From positions 1-64,000 of the forward strand of contig JBBQRQ010000005.1 in the NCBI GenBank assembly GCA_038214755.1: a stretch of DNA of 64,000 bases, read 5' to 3'. The translations under genes were made by a program, and so were the position numbers. This document shows, piece after piece, positions 7,778 through 17,527 of the stretch (positions are counted from its first letter, which is position 1; every line of letters begins with the position of its first letter). Below the pieces are notes generated by a model. It was not told the DNA's origin. It searched no databases and was given only the letters and a program-made list of their open reading frames with translations. The DNA is from Verrucomicrobiota bacterium (lineage in GTDB: Bacteria; Verrucomicrobiota; Verrucomicrobiia; Limisphaerales; CANJXF01).

Positions 7778-10414
7778 ATGAAATATTTTCTTTGGGCTGT
7801 TTTAATTTTCTCTGGCGGCTCTTTTCTTTTCGCAGATAACTTAACGGAGGAAATTGTCTGCCAGGAATCGGCTCATTTTTTGGCGCCTCAAGATTCTCCT
7901 GACTTTCGCAAATACGCGCCCAGCCGCGAAGTCGATATTCTTCATCTCAAACTCGACGTCACACCGAATTTCAAGGCGCGAACAATTTCAGGAACGGCCA
8001 CGTTCACTTTCAAACCGATTGCCAAATCCATTGATGAACTTCGTTTGGACGCAGTTGATTTGTCTGTTTCAAATATTACTTCCAGCGAAAAAATCGAGAG
8101 CTATCAAGTCACGGCCGAAAAAATAATCGTCACTTTTGCCAAACCAATCGAAGCGGGAAAGGAAACGCGGGTCAGCATCGCTTACTCGGCAGAACCGACG
8201 ATGGGACTTTATTTTCGCACGCCGGAAATGGGCTACAAAGAAGGCGAGACCCATTTGTGGACGCAAGGCGAGCCGATCGAAGCGCGGCATTGGTATCCGG
8301 GTTGCGATTTTCCAAATGAAAAATTCACCTCTGAAATTATCTGTCACGTGCCCGGAGAGATGACGGTGTTGTCCAACGGAAAATTGGTTTCTCAAGAAAA
8401 AGATTCGGACGGTTTGATGGCAGTTCGGTGGGCACAGGAAAAGCCACATGCGAATTACTTGATTTCTCTCATCGCCGGAAATTTCAAACACGTGGACGAT
8501 AACTATAAGAATATTCCTCTCGCATTTTACACCCCGCCCTCCGACATCGGCGAAGCCAAAAATTCTTTTCGCGACACGAAAGACATGATGGGATTTCTTG
8601 AAAAAGAAATCGGCGTGCCGTATCCGTGGGAGAAATATTTTCAAGTCGCCGTCAACGATTTTACCGCGGGCGGAATGGAAAACACCAGCATCACGACGCT
8701 GACCGACCGCATGCTTTTTCGGAAGGAGACGGAAAATCTCCGCAACAGCGAAGGACTCTGCTCCCACGAACTGGCGCATCAGTGGTTTGGCGATCTCGTC
8801 ACCTGCAAAGACTGGAGCCACCTCTGGCTCAATGAAGGTTTCGCGACATTTTACGCGCTGCTGTACGACGAACACAAAAATGGCCGCGACTCAATGCTCT
8901 ACGGACTTTACGGAAGTTCCAAGCGGATCACGGGCGTGACGAACGACACTCAGCCGATTGTTTTCCGAAAGTTTGAAAATCCCGTCGAGCAATTCAACCA
9001 TCTCGCTTATCAAAAAGGGAGTTGGGTGCTGCACATGTTGCGCTCGCAACTCGGCGAGAAACTTTATCGCCGTTCCATCCAGAATTATCTGGAGCGGCAT
9101 CAATTTGGAAGTGTGGTCACGGAAGATTTGAATTCGGTGATCGAAGAAATTTCCGGCCGAGCGTTCGACCAATTTTTTGATCAATGGGTTTATCACGCTC
9201 ACTTTCCTGAGGTGGAAGCGGCCTATTCCTGGGACGCCCAATCGAAGCTCGCCAAAATTTCCATCAGTCAAATCCAAAAAATCAACGAGGATGTTTTGCT
9301 TTTTAATTTTCCGCTGACCCTTCGGTTCAAAGGCAAGTTCGGCAAAATCGAGAAACAACTTGTCGTCAAGGAAAAGGAGGAGGATTTTTATGTTTCCCTG
9401 ACCGAAGCGCCGGAGATGGTTCGCCTCGATCCGAATTTCGCGTTGCTTGCCAAAATCAATTTTAAGCTCCCCAACGCGATGCTCTACGCGCAACTGGCCG
9501 ACAAGGACGATATGGTCGGGCGGCTTTTCGCCATCGAGCAACTCGCGGAAAAAAAAGACCACGAGACGATCAGGAAACTAAAACAAACTTTAGAAAGCGA
9601 TTCGTTTTACGGCGTTCGCGTCGAGGCGGCCCGGGCGCTACAGAAAATTCACAGTGACGAGGCGTTGGACATTTTGATCGCCTCAAAACAAAAGGATGCG
9701 CGGGTGCGAAATCAAATCGCGGCCAGCAGCGGCGCCTTTTTTTCCACGAACGTTTTGGAGCGCGCGGCGAAAATAATTTCCTCCGAAAAAAATCCCGACA
9801 TTCGGGCGCAATGGATCCGCGCACTGGGAAATTCCTCCGAGATTGAGACGGGTAAAATTTTGGTTCCACTGCTTGAGTCGAACTCGTATCGCAACATTTT
9901 GGCCGACGCTGCCATCAGCGCGATGCGGACGCAGGATGACCCGGTTTACCTCGAACCGATTCGCTTAACACTGGAGAAGCGCAAGGAGGAACTGACCACG
10001 CGGGGATTTGCGAGCGGCCTCGATGCAATCGCCTACCTGGCGCGAAACGAAAAGGAAAAAAACGAGACGCGCAATTTTATTTTGAATTTTGTGAATGACA
10101 AGAAAGACGGAGTTCAACTCGGCGCGCTCGCTGCTCTGGGCGTTCTGGGCGATCCCAAAGCGATTCCGGTTCTGGAAACTTTCACGATTTTGGCCAAGGA
10201 GCGCGCCGAACGCAGAGTGGCGGAAAGATCTTTGGCCGCGATTCGCGCTGCGCAGAAACCATCGGACAATTTGAAACAGATGCGCGATGAAATTCTCGAA
10301 CTGAAAAAGGAGAGTCGCGAGCGAAAGAAAGAGATGGATGCCTTGACCAAAAAGTTGGAAGGCAAAATTCCCCCGCCTTCGACCAAATCGATTCATCCTC
10401 CGCGCAAACGGTGA
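7778..10414 (+). CDS. pepN: Exported M1-family aminopeptidase N with C-terminal HEAT repeats
   Basis: Signal peptide; GGMEN motif; HELAHQWFGDLVT..WLNEGFATF zinc motif; HEAT-like repeats. Confidence 0.9.
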   Translation: MKYFLWAVLIFSGGSFLFADNLTEEIVCQESAHFLAPQDSPDFRKYAPSREVDILHLKLDVTPNFKARTISGTATFTFKPIAKSIDELRLDAVDLSVSNITSSEKIESYQVTAEKIIVTFAKPIEAGKETRVSIAYSAEPTMGLYFRTPEMGYKEGETHLWTQGEPIEARHWYPGCDFPNEKFTSEIICHVPGEMTVLSNGKLVSQEKDSDGLMAVRWAQEKPHANYLISLIAGNFKHVDDNYKNIPLAFYTPPSDIGEAKNSFRDTKDMMGFLEKEIGVPYPWEKYFQVAVNDFTAGGMENTSITTLTDRMLFRKETENLRNSEGLCSHELAHQWFGDLVTCKDWSHLWLNEGFATFYALLYDEHKNGRDSMLYGLYGSSKRITGVTNDTQPIVFRKFENPVEQFNHLAYQKGSWVLHMLRSQLGEKLYRRSIQNYLERHQFGSVVTEDLNSVIEEISGRAFDQFFDQWVYHAHFPEVEAAYSWDAQSKLAKISISQIQKINEDVLLFNFPLTLRFKGKFGKIEKQLVVKEKEEDFYVSLTEAPEMVRLDPNFALLAKINFKLPNAMLYAQLADKDDMVGRLFAIEQLAEKKDHETIRKLKQTLESDSFYGVRVEAARALQKIHSDEALDILIASKQKDARVRNQIAASSGAFFSTNVLERAAKIISSEKNPDIRAQWIRALGNSSEIETGKILVPLLESNSYRNILADAAISAMRTQDDPVYLEPIRLTLEKRKEELTTRGFASGLDAIAYLARNEKEKNETRNFILNFVNDKKDGVQLGALAALGVLGDPKAIPVLETFTILAKERAERRVAERSLAAIRAAQKPSDNLKQMRDEILELKKESRERKKEMDALTKKLEGKIPPPSTKSIHPPRKR

Positions 10415-10485
10415 TTTTATTGGTGCGTGCCCAATAATTTTCCTCGTTTCTCGACAATCAATTTTCATTTTGATAATCACTGCGG

Positions 10486-11337
10486 GTGCCTGCGAATACG
10501 CCCAGCCTTTTGCTGTTGATCCCCGCTTACAACGAGGAGAAACGCATTGAGCCGGTCTTGCGCGAGTACGCGGAATATTTTCGGAAAAATTACGCGGGCA
10601 AATTTCAATTGATCGTCGTGCTGAACGGATGTCGCGACGATACCATCGGCGTCGTCCGAAAAATTTCCAACGAATTTCCTGAGGTGCAGGCGCTGGAATT
10701 TGCCGGGCCGATTGGCAAAGGCGGCGCGCTCATCGAAGGACTAAAACTTGCGCCCCTGGCTGACTCGATTGGTTATGTGGATGCCGACGGCGCAACCGGG
10801 CCGAAAGCGTTTCATGAGTTGACGCGACATTTGTCGGAAGCGGATTGCGTGATTGGCTCGCGCTGGATTCCCGGCGCGATTTTGCATCAATCGCAATCTG
10901 GCAAGCGGCAATTCGCCAGCCGTATTTTTCATTTGATCGTGCAAACATTTTTTTGGATGAACATTCGCGATACGCAATGCGGCGCAAAAGTTTTGCGGCG
11001 CGGCGTTGTGGAAAAAATTCATTCCACTCTCCACATCGCGGACATGGCGTTCGACATTAACCTGCTCTACTCGATCAAGCGCGCCGGACTTCGGGTGCTG
11101 GAAGTCCCGACCGAATGGACGGACAAAGTTGGTTCCAAAGTCACGCTGGGAAAAACTTCGATGACGATGTTGCTTTCGGTAATTCGATTGCGCCTCGTTT
11201 ACTCGCCGTTCTACAAATGGCTCGGCGTTTTTCGGCCTCTGGAAGGCTGGCTCTATAAGAAATTGAGCGCGCCGCGCCCACTCTCGGGAACGGATCGCGC
11301 GGAAAACTTGAAGCAGGAGCAAAAGTTTACGGGGTAG
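10486..11337 (+). CDS. GT2 glycosyltransferase (polyprenol-phosphate glycosyltransferase-like)
   Basis: IPAYNEEKRI, GKGGA, YVDADG and DTQCGAK motifs; GTG start. Confidence 0.9.
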   Translation: MPANTPSLLLLIPAYNEEKRIEPVLREYAEYFRKNYAGKFQLIVVLNGCRDDTIGVVRKISNEFPEVQALEFAGPIGKGGALIEGLKLAPLADSIGYVDADGATGPKAFHELTRHLSEADCVIGSRWIPGAILHQSQSGKRQFASRIFHLIVQTFFWMNIRDTQCGAKVLRRGVVEKIHSTLHIADMAFDINLLYSIKRAGLRVLEVPTEWTDKVGSKVTLGKTSMTMLLSVIRLRLVYSPFYKWLGVFRPLEGWLYKKLSAPRPLSGTDRAENLKQEQKFTG

Positions 11338-11351
11338 TTTTCGCACCTTTG

Positions 11352-11431
11352 AAGCGGGGCGGGCGTCTCGCCTGCCTTCGTGAGCCGTTCAACGCGAGTA
11401 TGAGGGTGGGTAGGCGAGACGCCCGCCCTAC
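11352..11431. repeat. GTAG-type REP inverted pair between convergent genes
   Basis: gggcgggcgtctcgcctgcc ... ggtaggcgagacgcccgccctac. Confidence 0.8.
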
Positions 11432-12702
11432 GTTTCAATGACCGGTCGTTTATGCCACGTGAACCAGGCCGCGAACATGAGCAAAAGCAGATTGAACGCA
11501 CCCAGGACTTGAACCAGCCGGCGGAAACTGTCGAAGGGCTCCAGGCTTCTCAAATAATCTTTCAGAAAAAATAACGCGGCGGCATAACCCAACGCCGTCA
11601 AAACCAGCCAGGGGACGATGGAAAATTTTTGGCGCGCCAGCAAATTTCCAATCAGCACATTCGCCAGGGTTGTGAATAACATGCACCAGACAAACCACGG
11701 AACCAGCGGCGCGGATTTCAAATAACTCAGGTTCGTAAAATAGAGAACGCGAAGTGGCAGTTCGGGAAAAATCGTGGAAGCAATCGCCGCCAATCCCCCC
11801 ACTGCCGCCGTGGCCGCAAAAGTCAGTTTGAGAGCGTCGGTGGTTTCGGACCGCGCCACGCTGCGCACAATTTTCGGAAACATTACTGCTACCATCGGAC
11901 CGGTGAATTGGACCAGCGCGAATCCGATCTGTGCGGGCGCGACATAAAAAGAGGCATCGTTTCCTGAGAAAATACTTTTCACATAAATTACATCGGCGTT
12001 TTGGATGAACAGCAATGCGCCGAACCCCAGCGTTAGGGGCGCGAGACGCGCGAACCAGTCGCGCCACAGAAACGGAGCAGTGTGGCCGTTGAAAATATCT
12101 CTCGTCCACCAGAGACACACCGCCAGAGAGGCGAGTTGCCCCAACAATGCCGCGCCCATCGCGCCCGCCGCCTGTTTTTTTAAAAGGAGGATGATCACGC
12201 ACACAGCGATGAATCGTCCCACGCCATCAAAGATCGAGATCCATCCCATCGCCATGAAGTTTTGCTGGCCCTGCAAAATGCCGCGCAGAATCGGTTGCCC
12301 CAGCGATGTCAAAACCACGAACACCGTCACCCAAAGGGCGGCGGCATTTTTGATTTGCAACAAATGGAGAATAAAATTTTGTCCCGCGAAAACTGCGATC
12401 GTCATGGCAATCCAACCGATGAATAACGCCGTCATCACGGCGCGAGTCGTGCGCCGTAATTCCTGGATTTGCAACTCGGTGACGGCGGCGGCGGCTTGCT
12501 GGGCAAAAACGGTTTGCAGTCCGGCCGTCGGAATTCCCAGCACAATCAAGCAGCGCAGCAAAGCAACGAAGACCGCGTATTCTTCCACTGAGATTTTTCC
12601 GGTGACCGTATGGACCGCTGACATAAAAACCCCGCCGAGCGTCGTAGCAACGATCATCCAACCGCTTTGTCTGAAAAAGGCTTTGCGCGAGTCGGAGGTC
12701 AT
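11428..12702 (-). CDS. Polysaccharide/oligosaccharide flippase-like membrane protein (Wzx/MOP superfamily)
   Basis: About 12 hydrophobic segments; RGILQGQQNF, DVIYVK and VMFPKIV patterns. Confidence 0.7.
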   Translation of the reverse strand: MTSDSRKAFFRQSGWMIVATTLGGVFMSAVHTVTGKISVEEYAVFVALLRCLIVLGIPTAGLQTVFAQQAAAAVTELQIQELRRTTRAVMTALFIGWIAMTIAVFAGQNFILHLLQIKNAAALWVTVFVVLTSLGQPILRGILQGQQNFMAMGWISIFDGVGRFIAVCVIILLLKKQAAGAMGAALLGQLASLAVCLWWTRDIFNGHTAPFLWRDWFARLAPLTLGFGALLFIQNADVIYVKSIFSGNDASFYVAPAQIGFALVQFTGPMVAVMFPKIVRSVARSETTDALKLTFAATAAVGGLAAIASTIFPELPLRVLYFTNLSYLKSAPLVPWFVWCMLFTTLANVLIGNLLARQKFSIVPWLVLTALGYAAALFFLKDYLRSLEPFDSFRRLVQVLGAFNLLLLMFAAWFTWHKRPVIET

Positions 12703-12703
12703 T

Positions 12704-13834
12704 TCACGGCAAGGTTCGGAAAAATTTTAAGAGCAGGCGCGTCGCTTGTTCGAGCGACTTCACAGAAATCCATTCGTCCGCCGTGTGCGCTTGCGCGATA
12801 TTGCCCGGGCCAAAAACGACGCTGGGAATTCCCGCGCGCGACAACACTGCCGCATCACAAAAATAATCGACGCCAAATGCTTTCTTCTGGCCCAGCGCGC
12901 GAAAAAATTGTTGAACGATTGGCAATTTGTAATTCGTTTCCAGCGGCAAACAGGAGGCGGATTTGGAATTGCTCATCGTCGCCGCAAGATTTTTTTCGTG
13001 AAGCCATTTTTGAATTTCGCGGCGCACCTCTGGTTCGGTTTCGCCCGGCAAGGTTCGGCGGTCGGCGGTGATGGAACAATGATCGGGCACGATGTTCGCC
13101 TGCGTCCCGCCCGAAATTGTTCCGACGCTAATCGTGGCGTGACCGAGCAAGGGATGTCGGCGACGGCGGAGTTGGGTTGCATAGTTTGTTTCCAACAGAT
13201 CGACCACTCGCGCCATTTCGTGCACGGCATTTTTTCCAGATGCAGGGCACGAGCCGTGGGCGGCCTTGCCGTGAGTTTCAAGTCGCAACCACAAACTGCC
13301 TTTGTGCGCGGTGACGATTTTCAGTTCCGTCGGTTCACCGACGATGGCTAAATCCGCTTTTAAACCACTGGCAGCGAGAGCGCGCGAACCGCGTTGGCCA
13401 TCTTCTTCGTCAATCAATCCTGCAAAAATAATTTCCGTGTTCGCAGGACGCTGACCGTAATGGGCGAGCGCGATCAGTGAAGTCAACATCGCGGCGACCG
13501 AGCCTTTGGTGTCGCACGCGCCCCGACCGTAGATGCGCCCATTTTTTTTCCGCGGTGAAAATTGTTTTTCATTTACAGCGGGAACGGTGTCCAAATGCGG
13601 CGCCAGCAAAATACGTTTCGTTATTTTTCCGATGGGCGACAGACGGGTGATGAAATTTGAACGACCGGAAGAAACAGGTTGAAACTCCACAGGCAACCCG
13701 GCTTGCGCGACGGCGGCGGTCAGAAAATCTGCGACTCTTTGCTCGCCTGCGTGAGGATGGCCGGCAGCGATGAACGCGGGATTCACACTCGGCAAAGCGA
13801 TCAATTCGCAAAGAAGTTTTTCAGTTGAAGTCAT
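12704..13834 (-). CDS. M20 family metallopeptidase (ArgE/DapE-like deacylase)
   Basis: HLDTVP, GRGACDTKG, DEE, GEPT, AHKG, GKAAHGS and AHTADEW motifs. Confidence 0.92.
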   Translation of the reverse strand: MTSTEKLLCELIALPSVNPAFIAAGHPHAGEQRVADFLTAAVAQAGLPVEFQPVSSGRSNFITRLSPIGKITKRILLAPHLDTVPAVNEKQFSPRKKNGRIYGRGACDTKGSVAAMLTSLIALAHYGQRPANTEIIFAGLIDEEDGQRGSRALAASGLKADLAIVGEPTELKIVTAHKGSLWLRLETHGKAAHGSCPASGKNAVHEMARVVDLLETNYATQLRRRRHPLLGHATISVGTISGGTQANIVPDHCSITADRRTLPGETEPEVRREIQKWLHEKNLAATMSNSKSASCLPLETNYKLPIVQQFFRALGQKKAFGVDYFCDAAVLSRAGIPSVVFGPGNIAQAHTADEWISVKSLEQATRLLLKFFRTLP

Positions 13835-13892
13835 CCGCTAAAATTTCGCGAGACTCTACGAAGCAGAGGACGCAGCGTCGAGTTGAGATTGG

Positions 13893-13964
13893 AGCAGCCG
13901 ACGTGAGGAGGCTCTAATGATTCAAAAGGAAAAAAGAAATGAGCCTCCTCACGTCGGCTGCTAC
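13893..13964. repeat. GTAG-type REP inverted pair (GCCGACGTGAGGAGGC family)
   Basis: gcagccgacgtgaggaggctc ... gagcctcctcacgtcggctgctac. Same family at 51925-51997 and 63427-63642. Confidence 0.85.
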
Positions 13965-14917
13965 GATGGATTGGTTTTGCGGAACCATTCGACGAAGCGC
14001 GGAATGCCTTCTTCGATTTTCACTTGCGGATTGTAGCCGAGAATTTTTTTTGCTTTGGAAATATCGGCGAAAGTAATTGGGACATCGCCGGGCTGCGTGG
14101 GCTGGCGATTGATGATCGCTTTTTTTCCAAGCGCATTTTCCAAAAGTTCGATGAGATAACTCAGCGTCACAGTTTGTGACTCCCCCAAATTGAAAATCTC
14201 AAAACCAAATTCTTCTTTCGTGCAGGCGAGGATTCCGTCGAGGGTGTCGGAGACAAAAGTATAATCGCGCGCGGTCGAGCCGTCGCCGAAAACGGGAATT
14301 GGTTTTCCCGCGCAGATGAGTTGCGCGAACTTGTGAATCGCTAAATCGGGACGTTGTCGCGGGCCATAAACCGTGAAGAAGCGAAGCATCGCCACATCCA
14401 TTCCATAAACGTGATGGTAAACGTGGCCGAGCGATTCGCAGGCAAGTTTGCTCGCAGCATACGGCGAAATGGCGGAAAAAATTGGATCGGATTCGGAGAA
14501 AGGAATTTTCGCATTCACACCGTAAACAGACGAGGACGACGCAATGGTAATTTTTTTCACGCCATTTTGCCGGGCGGCTTCGAGGAGATTCACCGTGCCT
14601 TCGACATTGACGCGTTGATAAAGCGCAGGTTCGGCCAGACTTGGACGAACTCCGGCGCGCGCGGCGAGATGAATGATTTGATCAAACTTTGTTTCGCGAA
14701 AAAGTTCGTCGAGCGCGGCGCGGTCGGTGATGTCGCCGTGAATAAATGTGAAAGGTTTGGCGAGAGATTGAATTTCGCGAATGTTCTGCTGCTTGATGGA
14801 AATATCGTAAAAGGAATTCAAGTCGTCGAAGACCCAGACTGCGTGGCCATCTTCCAACAATCGCTCGCAAAGATTGGAGCCGATGAACCCCGCGCCGCCT
14901 GTAACCAAAAAATTCAC
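13961..14917 (-). CDS. NAD-dependent nucleotide-sugar epimerase (UDP-glucuronate 4-epimerase-like)
   Basis: TGGAGFIGS, HLAARAGVRPS, SSSSVYG, YAASK and RFFTVYGPRQRPDLA motifs. Confidence 0.92.
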   Translation of the reverse strand: MNFLVTGGAGFIGSNLCERLLEDGHAVWVFDDLNSFYDISIKQQNIREIQSLAKPFTFIHGDITDRAALDELFRETKFDQIIHLAARAGVRPSLAEPALYQRVNVEGTVNLLEAARQNGVKKITIASSSSVYGVNAKIPFSESDPIFSAISPYAASKLACESLGHVYHHVYGMDVAMLRFFTVYGPRQRPDLAIHKFAQLICAGKPIPVFGDGSTARDYTFVSDTLDGILACTKEEFGFEIFNLGESQTVTLSYLIELLENALGKKAIINRQPTQPGDVPITFADISKAKKILGYNPQVKIEEGIPRFVEWFRKTNPS

Positions 14918-14986
14918 TCGGCGAATGAAGCGGAGCCGAGTTGAAAGTTCAAGGTTGGTTTTTCAGGCAACGAGACGCGAGACTTG

Positions 14987-15290
14987 TTCCCTCTCCTCGG
15001 GGAGAGGGTGAGGGCGAGCACCCTTCTGACTGGAATTGCGATGAAACTTCTTAACGGGGCTATTATTAACTGGAATATTTGGTGAAGAGAAACGCTCGAC
15101 CTCACCCCGGCCCTCTCCTCCGAGGAGAGGGAGAATAGTTTCTGCGTTTTGGTTATTTCCAGTGGCTCGTTTATGATGCGTTTGTTTTTGTGAACGATCA
15201 GAAGGCGGAGTGACACCACGAGCTTGCCTATTTCGACGAGACGCGATTCCTATTCCCACTCCTCGGGGAGAGGGTTGGGGTGAGGGCGAG
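14987..15290. repeat. Three CCCTCTCC-family REP palindromes
   Basis: ccctctcctcggggagagggtgagggcgag; cctcaccccggccctctcctccgaggagagggag; ccactcctcggggagagggttggggtgagggcgag. Confidence 0.85.
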
Positions 15291-15380
15291 AACTTTCTGA
15301 CTGAATCGCTCGCGCTGGATTGTCGAAAAATTATTTGAGTGATTTTTCCGATTGGAGCATCTAACCTGGCAATCAAGACG

Positions 15381-15674
15381 ATGAGACATCTGCAACAATT
15401 CGCTCTGGCCACGGCGCTCGCCGGCGTTCTGGTCGCTTCACTTCCAGCCCACGCGGGGGAAAAGAAGAGTGCTGAAAAAGCCAAACCGTATTCCTTGAAA
15501 ACCTGCGTCGTCTCCGATGAGAAACTCGGCGAGATGGGCGATCCTTACGTCTTCACCCACGGAGGTCGCGAAGTAAAACTTTGCTGTAAATCCTGTTTAA
15601 AAGATTTCAAGAAAGACCCGGCCAAGTACATGAAAAAAATCGAGGCGGCCGAGAAGAAGGATAAAAAATCTTGA
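15381..15674 (+). CDS. Small exported YHS/TRASH-like metal-binding protein
   Basis: Signal peptide, then TCVVSDEKLGEMG..EVKLCCKSCLKDFKKDPAKY; lies upstream of a metal efflux operon. Confidence 0.8.
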   Translation: MRHLQQFALATALAGVLVASLPAHAGEKKSAEKAKPYSLKTCVVSDEKLGEMGDPYVFTHGGREVKLCCKSCLKDFKKDPAKYMKKIEAAEKKDKKS

Positions 15675-15678
15675 GGCT

Positions 15679-16029
15679 GTGAATTTTTTAAAAACAGTTT
15701 TCGCGGTTTTCGCCGGCGCCGTTCTGCTGGCATCCCAAACTGTTTTCGCGTGGGGCCAACAGGAGTTTTCCAAGCCGCAGGTCTGTTGTTGCTGCGCCTG
15801 TAAAATGATCAATTGCTGCGTGGCGCAGCCGACTTCTCCTGTGCAACCGATTCCGGCTGCTCCGGCGCGCACGGTTTCCCAACATCATTACCAAATCGTT
15901 TCCACCATTGCGGCGTTGCTGTTGCAATCGCCCGAAAAATCTCCCGAAAAAATTTCCCTTCCTCCGCTTGCGTCTCTCGACCCCGCTGCGGTTCCGCTCT
16001 ACCAGCGGAATTGCAGTTACCTGATCTGA
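15679..16029 (+). CDS. Cys-rich exported hypothetical protein, possible metal-responsive leader ORF
   Basis: GTG start 4 nt after the previous stop; signal-like N-terminus; CCCCACKMINCC; Pro-rich C-terminus ending PLYQRNCSYLI. Confidence 0.65.
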   Translation: MNFLKTVFAVFAGAVLLASQTVFAWGQQEFSKPQVCCCCACKMINCCVAQPTSPVQPIPAAPARTVSQHHYQIVSTIAALLLQSPEKSPEKISLPPLASLDPAAVPLYQRNCSYLI

Positions 16030-16144
16030 CTTTTCCCTTCTCGCGCCCGTAGTGTGCCCTGAACCGGGCGCGCTCTGGCTTTCCTTTATTCACTTCGTTC
16101 CGTGCGGATGAAGTGTGTTCCGCATTCCAAACCGCTGAAGTTTT

Positions 16145-17527
16145 ATGAAATTAAAAATTGTTCTAAGCTTGGTGATTTTGTCCGCTGTTTCTGCCTTTGG
16201 CCAACCGCGTGTTGAGCGTCCGAGCGTTGGGAGCGTGAGTAGCGGAAAGAGCGTTGAAGCGTCGGAGCGGAACACGCTACCACGCTCGTCACGCTCCGAC
16301 CGCTCTCCGCGTTTCCTGCTGGACGAAGTTATCAGCGAAGTTCTCAGCAACAATCCGTCGCTGAAATCGGCTCGCGCCAATTGGGAAGCGAGGAAGCAGC
16401 GAGTGCCGCAAGCCCGCGCCTGGGAAGATCCAAGGGTCGGAGTCGATGTGACCGCCGCCCGTTTCGTGCGCGTGTCGCCCAATTCGTTTTCCGACGAAAA
16501 ATTAATGTTGGAGCAGACGATTCCCGTGACGGGAAAAAACCGCCTTCGCGCGGATGCAGCCGGCGCTGAAGCGTTCTCCGCATTTCAGGAATTTCATCGG
16601 CGCGAACTCGATCTGATGGCCAGGACGCGAACGGCTTATTTCCAACTGATCAATGCCGGCAAGCAAGTGGAACTGACCCGCAAAAATATCGGGTTGCTAA
16701 AACAATTTTCGGAAATCACTCGAGCGAAATATGAAGTTGGCGCGCAATCGCAGGCCGACGTTCTGCAAGTTGAAACCGAACTGGGCAAACTTGAGGAAAC
16801 GGTCTTCGATTTTCAGCGTCAGATTTCCGACGCGGAAACGCAACTCAACACCCTGATGAATCGCCCGGCGCAGTCGCCGCTCGCACTGCCTGCCGCCGAA
16901 AATTTTCAGCCTGTCGAATTATCCTGGGAAAATATCGAAGCGTTCGCGCTGACGAATCGGCCCGAATTATTTATCGCCCAAAGAAAAATTGAGGCGGCTC
17001 AAGCGCGTCTTGAACTGGCCCGACGCGACTGGTGGCCCGACCCAACTTTTCGCATCGAAGCCGACCGCTACAATCAAGCCTCGCAAATCGCCAGTGAAGT
17101 GATCGTCGGCGTGTCCATCAACCTGCCCTGGTTCAATCGCAAAAAATATGACGGGGCGATTCGCGAAAACAAAAACATGTTGGAGAGCGCCGAGCACGAT
17201 CTCGAGGCCGCGCGCACGGAAACTTTGGGCATCGTGAAAAACGCCTTGAAGAAAGTGCAAACGTTTCATCGTCACTCCGAATTGTTTCGCTCGAAATTGC
17301 TGCCGTTGGCGCAGGCAACTTTGAACTCGAAACGGCTCAACTACGAAACCGATAAAGCCAACTTCCTCGATTTGCTGACGGCGCAGCGAACGCTTCAGGA
17401 CGTTGAGTCGATGTATTGGAACCACCTGACCGATTATCAAATTGCCGTGGCCGAACTTGAAGCATTGGTCGGCGGAAAAATGGAACTGCAAAATCCTGTT
17501 GCAGAAAAAACGAAGGAGAAAAAATGA
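16145..17527 (+). CDS. TolC/CusC-family outer membrane efflux protein
   Basis: Signal peptide; NNPSLKSARANW, YEVGAQSQADVL, NRPEL, GVSINLPWF and YETDKANFLDLL OEP patterns. Confidence 0.9.
   Translation: MKLKIVLSLVILSAVSAFGQPRVERPSVGSVSSGKSVEASERNTLPRSSRSDRSPRFLLDEVISEVLSNNPSLKSARANWEARKQRVPQARAWEDPRVGVDVTAARFVRVSPNSFSDEKLMLEQTIPVTGKNRLRADAAGAEAFSAFQEFHRRELDLMARTRTAYFQLINAGKQVELTRKNIGLLKQFSEITRAKYEVGAQSQADVLQVETELGKLEETVFDFQRQISDAETQLNTLMNRPAQSPLALPAAENFQPVELSWENIEAFALTNRPELFIAQRKIEAAQARLELARRDWWPDPTFRIEADRYNQASQIASEVIVGVSINLPWFNRKKYDGAIRENKNMLESAEHDLEAARTETLGIVKNALKKVQTFHRHSELFRSKLLPLAQATLNSKRLNYETDKANFLDLLTAQRTLQDVESMYWNHLTDYQIAVAELEALVGGKMELQNPVAEKTKEKK
16207..16311. repeat. GAGCGT/ACGCTC tandem-unit hairpin cluster 1 (in frame in tolC)
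   Basis: About 7 GAGCGT-like units, then about 4 ACGCTC-like units; encodes RVERPSVGSVSSGKSVEASERNTLPRSSRSDRS. Confidence 0.85.
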
